Below are positions 33,285 through 41,197 of a stretch of 41,197 nt of DNA, piece after piece. The stretch's first letter is position 1. Every line of letters starts with the position of its first letter. The stretch lies in the NCBI GenBank assembly GCA_040902005.1, contig JBBDYA010000111.1, positions 1 to 41,197 of the forward strand. Reading direction: 5' to 3'. The translations under genes were made by a program, and so were the position numbers. The notes beneath the pieces were generated by a model, which was not told the origin of the DNA, did no database searches, and saw only the letters and a list, made by a program, of their open reading frames with translations. The stretch is from Gemmatimonadaceae bacterium (GTDB lineage: Bacteria; Gemmatimonadota; Gemmatimonadetes; Gemmatimonadales; Gemmatimonadaceae).

Positions 33285-35627
33285 TCAGAGGTGAAAGCCG
33301 ACCAACCGGTAGTGCCAAAGGAGTACGCTCGCTGTCGCGCCGAGGACTGCAAGTGCGACGAGTAGCGCTCTGCCGGCGACACCCTCGCCGCCGCGCTGCC
33401 ACCCGAGCACGGTGATGATGGGAAGGGACGCGCACAGCACGGCCGCCACGGAGAGGAACGTCAACACGATGCGAAGGCCGCTTCGCATATGGCCTGCCGC
33501 CCCGATTTCAGGGGTGCTCAGGAACACAGCAAGCAGGGTGAGTGGTGCGAGCAGAAGGGACGTTCCCGCCGCGCCGACAACCCTCCAGGCTGGGCTCCCG
33601 CCGGCGGTGATCCCACGTTTGCGATAAATGATCCGCCGCATCCCCCGCACGACGGCTCCAATAACCAATACCAGACACGCGGCACCGAGCAGCACGGCGT
33701 GCACGAAGCCACGCTGCCACCATGCCAGGCGTGTGAAGACCACCGGATCCAGCAGGGTGCCACCCATCGCCAATCGTGAAGCGTGTCCAGCGCTTCCTAC
33801 GAATCCCAACCGCAATCCAGCCTGAGCACCCTCCCGGACCTCGAATGCATCGCCTCCAATCGGAAACGCGGCGATGTTTCCGAGGGCACCAGGCGCGTGG
33901 ATCGTGATACCGCTGCTTGTGGAACGGACCGGTGTGTCGAGGAAGAGGTACCCTGCTCGCTCGACCGTCGTGGTGCTGAGCAACGCTGGCCGATAGACAC
34001 CGCTGAACGACTGCGGAGCGGCCATTGGTGCCCGTGCAGTGTCGCCGACGTAATAGCGCTCCACGAAGGCACGCACCACTTCTGTGCGCAGGTCCTGAAA
34101 CCTTCCTCCCTGGCGCATGGAGTGAACGAGAAAAAGCCCCACTCGCTGCTCAGGAACTAGCCAGGCGACCGAGAAGTGATGGCGCGCGCCCGTGTGGTAG
34201 AGACCGTGCATGCCACCGAGAGTGGTCTCGAACCAGCCGAGGGCGACACCGGGAACGGCGGCATGCGCGCGCCAGTGCGTCGAGTGCATGGCACGGAGCG
34301 AGCTGACAGGCGAGCTCGCGAGATCAAGCTGTGCGCAGAGAAACCGGCCCATATCGCTGGCAGTGGCAACCATCGCCCCGGCAGGTCCCGGAAGGAGGTA
34401 ATCGACGACCTCGTCGGTCCCAGCCGTGGCGATGCGAACTGCCAGGTGAGGGGGGGTGGGTTGGCGAAACGTCGAGTGATCCATTCCCGCGTGTGCGAAG
34501 ACTTCGCGCTCGACGTATTCGGCGAACGGCATCCCACTCGTGCGCTCGACGATCCGCCCAGCAAGCGCCATCCCGTGATTCGAGTAGCGCAGCACATCAC
34601 CAGGACGGGTTCCGGCGCGCCATCGGACACCGCTTAGATAGTCGCCCAACGGCACGAGCCGCGCCGGGTCGTCCACTGTCCCCTGCATAAACGGTTCATC
34701 GAGCCCGGACGTGTGGGTGAGCAGGTCCTCGACAGTGATCGCGCGCCATGTCTTTCGTGATGGAAGTTCCCAATCGAGGTATTGCGCGGCTGGCGCTTTG
34801 AGGGCGATGCGGCCCCGCTCTACCTCGCCCATGACGGCTGCGGTGGTGACGAGCTTGGAGAGTGACGCCATCCAGAAGAGCGTCTCCTCCGGATCTACTG
34901 GGCGGCTTCCTGCCGCATCCTCGGTACCGTATCCACGCGCGAACACGATCGATCCGTCCTTCACGACGACAAACGCGAGGCTTGGTTGAGGAGAACGACG
35001 GACGTAGTCCGCAAAAACCGAATCCGCAAACGTCGCAACATCCGCGGCAGTGAGTTGGCGCCGGAACAGGACGGACTGGGCACCTGCGCTCGGCGTGACG
35101 GCCGCGAGACTGATCGCCGCGAACGCGAGCAGCATGGGACCGATGCGACGCCGCAAGATCGCCACCGCGACTGCCGTGAGAATTGCGGGCGGCATGCCGT
35201 ACATGGCGTCTGCTCTGTCGAAGGCGTACGGACTGTGGATGTCGCCGACGGCGGCAAGGCACGGGAGTCCGAGCGCGAGCAGCAGTCCCCAGCGCCACGC
35301 TGCCGCGGGCCGGCACCAGGCGAAGATGGCACTGAAGGCGACAAGACTGATCCACATTGGGACGCGTGTTTCACTCGCCTGATCCAGCGCAGCGATCATC
35401 AGGCCCGCGGCAAACGCTATGGCCAGTGTTCGTGGATGCGCGGTCCAGATCCGAAGGCGCACAGCGATGATCTCGACAAGAAGCGTCCGCACGCAGCCGG
35501 TTGCGAACCGCTTCCGGCATGCCCCCTCAGGCACTGCCTCGAGCTCGGCGAGCATCGCCTCGCTCCACTCGCGGCGCCACGGCGGCAGGAGATGTCCGAG
35601 CAGGGTGATCAGCAGCGGATATCTCAT
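33285..35627 (-). CDS. Membrane-bound beta-lactamase-family serine hydrolase with N-terminal multi-TM module
   Basis: ATG 35627 (ATGA overlap with padR stop); SLSK, LLTHTSGL, YSN, HTG; several TMs before and ~4 after the hydrolase domain. Confidence 0.83.
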   Translation of the reverse strand: MRYPLLITLLGHLLPPWRREWSEAMLAELEAVPEGACRKRFATGCVRTLLVEIIAVRLRIWTAHPRTLAIAFAAGLMIAALDQASETRVPMWISLVAFSAIFAWCRPAAAWRWGLLLALGLPCLAAVGDIHSPYAFDRADAMYGMPPAILTAVAVAILRRRIGPMLLAFAAISLAAVTPSAGAQSVLFRRQLTAADVATFADSVFADYVRRSPQPSLAFVVVKDGSIVFARGYGTEDAAGSRPVDPEETLFWMASLSKLVTTAAVMGEVERGRIALKAPAAQYLDWELPSRKTWRAITVEDLLTHTSGLDEPFMQGTVDDPARLVPLGDYLSGVRWRAGTRPGDVLRYSNHGMALAGRIVERTSGMPFAEYVEREVFAHAGMDHSTFRQPTPPHLAVRIATAGTDEVVDYLLPGPAGAMVATASDMGRFLCAQLDLASSPVSSLRAMHSTHWRAHAAVPGVALGWFETTLGGMHGLYHTGARHHFSVAWLVPEQRVGLFLVHSMRQGGRFQDLRTEVVRAFVERYYVGDTARAPMAAPQSFSGVYRPALLSTTTVERAGYLFLDTPVRSTSSGITIHAPGALGNIAAFPIGGDAFEVREGAQAGLRLGFVGSAGHASRLAMGGTLLDPVVFTRLAWWQRGFVHAVLLGAACLVLVIGAVVRGMRRIIYRKRGITAGGSPAWRVVGAAGTSLLLAPLTLLAVFLSTPEIGAAGHMRSGLRIVLTFLSVAAVLCASLPIITVLGWQRGGEGVAGRALLVALAVLGATASVLLWHYRLVGFHL

Positions 35628-35938
35628 GTGACGGCGCGCGGTGCGCCGTGGGTCACTGCTCGCGCCGCCCACTTCCTGAGAACAGCGCGAGCTTCCGGGG
35701 CGGCACCGCCGGCGAGACGGTACAAGTGGCGCGGTGGTCGTCCATTCTCGTCGGGAACTTCCCAGCGAGTCTCCAGCCATCCAGCGTCGGCGAGACGGAT
35801 CAATACGGGATAGAGCGTCCCGGATGGGAGGTCGAGCGCGGTCAGCAGCGTGTAGCCGTAAAACCACCGTTGCGAGGCGGCGACGAAATGCTCAAGAACG
35901 AGCTGCGTAGCCGGGGAAAAGCGGGGCGCACGGCGCAT
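35624..35938 (-). CDS. PadR-family regulator
   Basis: WFYGYTLL, SGTLYPVLIRLADAGWLETRWE, RPPRHLYRL. Confidence 0.88.
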   Translation of the reverse strand: MRRAPRFSPATQLVLEHFVAASQRWFYGYTLLTALDLPSGTLYPVLIRLADAGWLETRWEVPDENGRPPRHLYRLAGGAAPEARAVLRKWAARAVTHGAPRAVT

Positions 35939-35971
35939 GCCTAAGTCTACATATCTCGATATACCTGTCAA
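35939..35971 (-). promoter_or_regulatory. Leaderless-type sigma70 promoter for padR with internal dyad
   Basis: TTGACA-N16-TAGACT, 5 nt before the ATG; no Shine-Dalgarno; ATATC-GA-GATAT dyad in the spacer. Confidence 0.6.
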
Positions 35972-36072
35972 CACCCCTTCGAGCGATGCCCAGTCGCAGT
36001 TGCGGAGCCCGTGCCGACAGCACACTCGCCGCTAAGTTCCAATCGGTTAGCCAGACGACTCTAGCCCGTCTC

Positions 36073-36594
36073 GTGATCCTCTTCTTGAATGGTGCCTTTG
36101 GGATAGGCAAGACCGCGGTTGCGCGCGCCCTGAGGCGACGCTTCCCGCGATCCCTGGTTTTTGATCCGGAGAAGATTGGCGGCCCTCTGCAGTTGGCGGC
36201 GCGGATCGTGGGTCGGGAGGCCGACGACTTTCAGGACCTTCGCACGTGGCGGCAACTGACCATCGTGGGCCTGCGCATCGCTCGCGCCGTGTCGCCGACC
36301 GTCATCGTTCCAATGGCGTTTTCGGATTGGGGATATCTGGAGGAAGTGCGAAGTGGCGCTGAGGGCTTCGACCGACGCGTTCATCACTTCTGCCTCATCG
36401 CTCCGCTGGCCGTCGTGCAGCAACGACTTCACGCGCGCGGGGCGGATCCGGTCTCTCATCCCTGGGAGTATCGCCGCGCGGCGGAATGCTGTGCGGCGCA
36501 TCAGGACCAGCGATTTGTGCGCCACATCGACGCGACTGCGGGCACCCCGGATCAACTGGCGGCGGAGATCGCCAACGCTACGCAGTCGTCCTGA
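36073..36594 (+). CDS. Small P-loop NTPase/kinase (AAA_33 / TmrB-like)
   Basis: ILFLNGAFGIGKT, FDPE, DDFQDL..WR, IVPMA. Confidence 0.8.
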   Translation: MILFLNGAFGIGKTAVARALRRRFPRSLVFDPEKIGGPLQLAARIVGREADDFQDLRTWRQLTIVGLRIARAVSPTVIVPMAFSDWGYLEEVRSGAEGFDRRVHHFCLIAPLAVVQQRLHARGADPVSHPWEYRRAAECCAAHQDQRFVRHIDATAGTPDQLAAEIANATQSS

Positions 36595-36812
36595 GCGCCC
36601 TTCAAGCGCAGAACGTCCCCTGTCCACTGGTGGCACGAAGAATACCGCGAGCAGACACACAGGCGCTCCGAGAGTGGGGCGCGCAAGACACAAGTACTTG
36701 CATTTCAATGACATCACCGTGACCGTTGTGGGCCATTCTTTCCATGTGCTGGTCGTCCCAATTCTGTGCACACCCACCTGTCGTATGACGTCTCGAGCCC
36801 TCGGAGGCTGAG

Positions 36813-37481
36813 ATGAAGAGAGTCATTGGCATCGGCGGAATCGAACCCACTCCCGTTCGGCGGACGCTTCAAAGGCCAATGGTTTCGCGCACGGTCGCTC
36901 GCGCACTTGTTCTCGCGATCGCCGTTCACGGTTGCCTCAATGCAGAGCAGCCGTCGTCCAGCGTCCTCGCCGAGGCTCGTCGCGAACTCGAAGCTCGGGG
37001 GCGTGCCGACCAGGATGTCAGGGAAGGAGCTGGTGCCGGAGGTCAAATCGATTCTGCCCAGTTTGCCGCGATGGCCCGGATCGACTCCGCAAACACGGAG
37101 TGGGTAAAGACGTATATTGCGCGCTGGGGCTGGCCCACCAGTGCCCAGGTTGGTCCGGGGGCTGTCCGAGCGGCATTCCTCATCGTGCAACATGCGACTC
37201 ACGACACCGCCTTCATGCGCGCCATGCTGCCGTCCATTCGCGAGAGCCATCGGCGAGGTGAACTCAATGGCGGCGCCGTTGCTGTGCTGATCGACCGGCT
37301 TGAGGTCAAGGCTGGCCGACCGCAGATCTACGGCACCCACTTATCCCTCCGAGAGGGAAGGTGGGTGCTGGATCCCGTTGTGGATTCCCTGCGTGTCGAT
37401 GAACGTCGCCACAGCTTGGGGCTACCACCCTTAGCGGAGTACCTCCGGGTCGTTGATTCAGTAATGCGGGCCCCGGATTAG
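36813..37481 (+). CDS. DUF6624-like exported protein (functional start may be ATG 36879)
   Basis: ADQDVR, DSANTEWV...WGWP, AFLIVQHA, DRL...GRPQIYGT, VDERRHSLGLPPL. Confidence 0.75.
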   Translation: MKRVIGIGGIEPTPVRRTLQRPMVSRTVARALVLAIAVHGCLNAEQPSSSVLAEARRELEARGRADQDVREGAGAGGQIDSAQFAAMARIDSANTEWVKTYIARWGWPTSAQVGPGAVRAAFLIVQHATHDTAFMRAMLPSIRESHRRGELNGGAVAVLIDRLEVKAGRPQIYGTHLSLREGRWVLDPVVDSLRVDERRHSLGLPPLAEYLRVVDSVMRAPD

Positions 37482-37543
37482 ACGCACCGGGTGTTTGCTG
37501 CGGACAGATCTTGCGTAACAACGCTGCGCACGCAGGTCAGGCG

Positions 37544-39967
37544 CTACTCGGATCGCAACGCGACCTGCGGGTCGATGCCGGCGGCCCGGCGAGCGGGAAG
37601 CCAGCTCGCGACGAGCGCCACCGACAGCAGCAGCAGCGCAACGCTGGCGAAGACGAGGGGGTCGCGGGCGCCGATGCCGAATAGTTGCGAGGATATCAAC
37701 TTCGTGACGGCGAACGCGACGAGAATGCCGATTGCCAGGCCTGGGATGACCAGCGTCATTCCCTGGGAGACAATGTTGGCGAGCACCCGCCGCCGCGTCG
37801 CGCCTAACGCGATGCGAATGCCGATCTCGCGGGAGCGGAGAGTCACGAGAAACGCCAGCACGCCGTACAGCCCGACCGCGGTCAGGATCAACGCCGCGCC
37901 GCCGAACACGGCGAGCACGGATGAGGCGAAGCGGCCATTCGCCGTCTGCTGCGCAAGCATGTCTTCCATGCGACGCACGCCGAACAGAGGCGTGTTGGGA
38001 GCGACGGCGGCGAGCTCGCGCCGGATGGCGCCGGCGAGATTCTCCGGCGCGATGTCCGCGCGGACGGCGACCTGGAGCGACCCGGACGGGCGCTGGGCCA
38101 GTGGGAAGTACACGTCGGGCTCCGTGCTGAGCAGGGGTGTCGTGAGGTCGCGGTAGCGCGCGTCCGCAACGACGCCGACGATGGTGACCTCGGGACCACT
38201 GGCGTCGCCCAGTCGGATGCGCTTGCCAATGGGACTCTCGGCGGACCAGAACCGGCGGGCCATGGATTCGTTGATAGTCACGACGGCGGGCGATTCGGGG
38301 CGGTCTGCCTCCGTAAAGGCGCGGCCACTGACGAGAGGGATGCCAAGCGCAGAAAAGAAGTCGGGCGTCACGGAGTGGCGATAGAAGCGCACGCGGTGAT
38401 CGCCCTCTGGAATGTGAATGAATGCGGCGCTGGAGCTGCCGCCGAGCGGCACGTCCGAGCCGATGGCGACGCCGCGAACCGATGGAAGGGCGGCGAGGCG
38501 TGCCTGAAGCTGTTCGGCGGCCTGCAATCGCATGTCCGGCGTCAACTGCTGCGGAAGCGTGACGCGCGCCCGCAACACGTTCCGCGGATCGAAGCCTGGA
38601 TCGACGGCAAGCTGGCGCTGCAAGCTGCGGACGTACAGCCCCGCTCCGACGAGCAGGACGAGCGCGAGCGCGGTCTCGCCCACGACCAGCGCGTGCTGAG
38701 CGCTAAAGCGCGCGCGGCCGAAGCCTGAAGCGGACGATCGCGTGCCCTCCTTCAGCGACGCCGCCAGATCCAGGCGTGTGCTTCGAAGCGCAGGCAGGAG
38801 GCCGAACACCAGTCCCGATCCCAGAGCGATCGCGATGGCGAATCCGAGGGTAGGGAGGTTGATGGCTGGGGCCGCATAATTGGGAAGCGCCCCCTCCGGC
38901 GCCAGTGCGATCAGCCCCGCGAGCACCCAGTGTCCCACGGCGAGGCCGGCGATCGCCGAAATGCCGGCAAGCACGAGTCCTTCGACGACGAGCTGCTGGA
39001 CCAGGCGCGAGCGGTCCGCGCCCACGGCAATCCGGAGCGCGATCTCCCGCCCGCGGCTTGCTGCGCGCACCAGCTGCAACCCCACCACGTTTGCGCAAGC
39101 GATGAGCAGCAGCAGGCCCACGGCGGCGAACACCGCGCGCAGGAGATCGCGCGTGGTGCCGAGATACGAGTCTCGCAGCGTCTGAAGCAGGATGCCGCGA
39201 TCCGTGTTGCTCTCGGGGAAATCCTTGCTGAGCTGGGCCGCGACCCGATCGGCATCGATCTGCGCCTGCGCGAGCGTGACGCCGGAGTTCAGGCGCCCAA
39301 CCGCGCCGAGCCAGCGAGTCCCCCGGTTGTCGAGATTGCTCGGACCGCCGTTGGCCTGAACCATCGCCGCCGGAAACCATACGTCCGTATCGAACGAGAT
39401 GCCGGCGAAGCCCGGCGCCATGACGCCCAGCACGGTGAACGAGCGGTCGTTGAGTGTGATCGATCGACCCACGATGCCCGGATCGCCGCCAAAGCGTCCG
39501 CGCCACATGCCATCGCTGATCGTCACCACCGGCTGAGCGTTGGGGTCGGTGTCCTCCGCGGCGGTGAAGGTGCGCCCCACCTGCGCCGACGCGCCGAGCA
39601 TCGGGAAGTAGCTCCACGAGACCATCTCGGCTTCGATGCGGTCCGCGCCCCCCTCGGTCACCAGATTCAGCGACGTCTCGTCGTAGATTGCGACGTGCTC
39701 GAATGCGCGGTTGAGCCGCTCCCAATCGCGCGCTTCGATGAACGACGCGCCCCGAATCGCGCGCTCCGGTCCGGCCACCCCCCACAGGAACACCAGCCGA
39801 TCGGGCGTCTGGAAAGGAAGTGGCCGCAACACGGTGGATTCGACGACGCTGAAAATGGCGGTGCTCGCGCCGATCGCGAGCGCCATCGTGGCAACCGCGG
39901 TCACGGCAAAAGAGCGCTGCTTGCGGAGAGTGCGCAGCGCGAAACGAACGTCGTTGAGGAGATTCAT
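37544..39967 (-). CDS. Duplicated MacB/FtsX-type ABC permease (ADOP-like), no prefix domain
   Basis: Start ATG 39967 (MNLLNDVRFALRTLRK); LLIACANV, EIGIRIALGA, WLPARRAA; 807 aa. Confidence 0.92.
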   Translation of the reverse strand: MNLLNDVRFALRTLRKQRSFAVTAVATMALAIGASTAIFSVVESTVLRPLPFQTPDRLVFLWGVAGPERAIRGASFIEARDWERLNRAFEHVAIYDETSLNLVTEGGADRIEAEMVSWSYFPMLGASAQVGRTFTAAEDTDPNAQPVVTISDGMWRGRFGGDPGIVGRSITLNDRSFTVLGVMAPGFAGISFDTDVWFPAAMVQANGGPSNLDNRGTRWLGAVGRLNSGVTLAQAQIDADRVAAQLSKDFPESNTDRGILLQTLRDSYLGTTRDLLRAVFAAVGLLLLIACANVVGLQLVRAASRGREIALRIAVGADRSRLVQQLVVEGLVLAGISAIAGLAVGHWVLAGLIALAPEGALPNYAAPAINLPTLGFAIAIALGSGLVFGLLPALRSTRLDLAASLKEGTRSSASGFGRARFSAQHALVVGETALALVLLVGAGLYVRSLQRQLAVDPGFDPRNVLRARVTLPQQLTPDMRLQAAEQLQARLAALPSVRGVAIGSDVPLGGSSSAAFIHIPEGDHRVRFYRHSVTPDFFSALGIPLVSGRAFTEADRPESPAVVTINESMARRFWSAESPIGKRIRLGDASGPEVTIVGVVADARYRDLTTPLLSTEPDVYFPLAQRPSGSLQVAVRADIAPENLAGAIRRELAAVAPNTPLFGVRRMEDMLAQQTANGRFASSVLAVFGGAALILTAVGLYGVLAFLVTLRSREIGIRIALGATRRRVLANIVSQGMTLVIPGLAIGILVAFAVTKLISSQLFGIGARDPLVFASVALLLLSVALVASWLPARRAAGIDPQVALRSE

Positions 39968-40151
39968 GGGCACGCTAAGGTTGGGTGGGGCACCATACCT
40001 TAATGAAAGTCCTGTGCCCCGCCGGCCGGGTACAGAAAGCGTTGCCATGTAAGCAGATGACTCGACAAGCAGTCGCTCCGCCCCGCTCCCAATGTCCGGT
40101 ATTGGGACTGGGCGTTCCGGGACCGCACACAGCGATGACCAGGAGGTCGCC

Positions 40152-41123
40152 ATGAACGGACTGAAAGCCAGGAACGTGCGCAGTGTGCTGGCATTCGGGA
40201 TTCTGATGTCGTGCGGAGCACCGCCGCGCGACTTTGACGCCATGTACCGCTACGATGCCGCGTTGCCGATCGCTTCGCGGGAGGTCGCTCGCGACGAGCG
40301 GCCTGGCGCGACGGTCGTCGATCTCACGTTCCGGAGCGCGTTGGGCGGCGACGTGCCGGCATACCTCGTTCTTCCGCAAGGCACGGGGCCGTTTCCCGTC
40401 GTGTTGTTCGGCCACTGGATGATGCCGGGCTCGCCGATGCGCAACCGGCACGAGTTTCTGGAGGAAGCTGTGGTGCTGGCGCGGGCCGGTGCCGCCTCGT
40501 TGCTCATCGACGCGCCCCAGGTGCGGCCGGGATTTCCGCGGGACAGCAACGAGCTGGCGACAATGGCACTCGATGCCATGGCGTCCCGGCAGCAGGTGGT
40601 GGACTTCCGGCGCGGGTTGGATCTGCTCATCAGTCGCGGAGATGTCGATCCCGACCGGATCGCCTTTGTCGGCCACAGTTTCAACGCGCACGTTGGCGGC
40701 ATCCTGGCGGCCGTCGAGAAGAGAATCGGCTCGTTCGTGCTGATGGCGGGCGGCTTCGCCGACGAAGCGTACGTCTTCGATTCCACGAACGCGCAGATGG
40801 TGGCATTCCGCAGCCGGCACGGCGATGCGCCGCTCCGAGCCTACTTCGAGGAGCACCGCTGGGACGACCCGGTGAACTTCGTGGGCCGCAGTGCGCCCGC
40901 GACGGTGTTCCTCCAGTTCGGATCCCGCGACGACGCCATACCCTCCCGCCTGGGCCGTCACTATTACGGGTTCTTTGCGGAGCCAAAGGAGATCGCGTTC
41001 TACGATGCGGGGCACTCCCTCGATGCTATTGCGCGCCGGGCTCGAGTCACCTGGCTCGCACAGCGACTGGCTCTCGCCCCGCTCGACACCTCGGCGCTCG
41101 ATCGTATCGCCGCGCTCCAGTAA
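40152..41123 (+). CDS. Alpha/beta-hydrolase-fold lipoprotein (acetylxylan esterase / DLH-like)
   Basis: AGGAGG RBS; lipobox-like ILMSC; VPAYLVLP.G.GPFPVVLFGH, VDPDRIAFVGHS, FG..D, YDAGH. Confidence 0.8.
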   Translation: MNGLKARNVRSVLAFGILMSCGAPPRDFDAMYRYDAALPIASREVARDERPGATVVDLTFRSALGGDVPAYLVLPQGTGPFPVVLFGHWMMPGSPMRNRHEFLEEAVVLARAGAASLLIDAPQVRPGFPRDSNELATMALDAMASRQQVVDFRRGLDLLISRGDVDPDRIAFVGHSFNAHVGGILAAVEKRIGSFVLMAGGFADEAYVFDSTNAQMVAFRSRHGDAPLRAYFEEHRWDDPVNFVGRSAPATVFLQFGSRDDAIPSRLGRHYYGFFAEPKEIAFYDAGHSLDAIARRARVTWLAQRLALAPLDTSALDRIAALQ

Positions 41124-41147
41124 GAGTGCTTCATCGACCGGACAGCC

Positions 41148-41197
<50 letters not shown>

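Noticed and set aside
36073..36594. Assigning tmrB (tunicamycin resistance)
   Set aside because: Only family-level P-loop similarity; no evidence for substrate

Overview
High-GC bacterial chromosomal segment. The gene content (PadR-coupled duplicated 'orphan' ABC permeases, a DUF1592/DUF1552/ankyrin triad, a BTAD-TPR regulator, exported HEAT-repeat proteins) points to Gemmatimonadota or a similar Acidobacteriota-like lineage; this is an inference. There are about 29 intact CDS and no rRNA, tRNA or CRISPR array. The window is dominated by envelope sensing and export modules: four MacB/FtsX-type duplicated permeases with no ATPase, three PadR and two TetR regulators with readable operators, and two beta-lactamase-family serine hydrolases plus an alpha/beta hydrolase. 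The best candidates for an uncharacterised system are two parallel trans-envelope signalling cassettes built on exported HEAT repeats. The first is BlaI + M56 protease-HEAT fusion + HEAT protein, directly behind a TonB-dependent receptor with a TPR-like N-terminal extension. The second is an ECF sigma + membrane anti-sigma + three exported HEAT proteins, two of which share an unrecognised Cys-containing domain. A 430-bp recombination patchwork at 15.9-16.4 kb holds a 147-bp copy of the aldolase gene, an IS3 left end, two permease 3' fragments and a copy of a TetR 3' end. The terminal poly-G is probably a sequencing artefact. All family assignments come from motif recognition by eye; no database searches were run.
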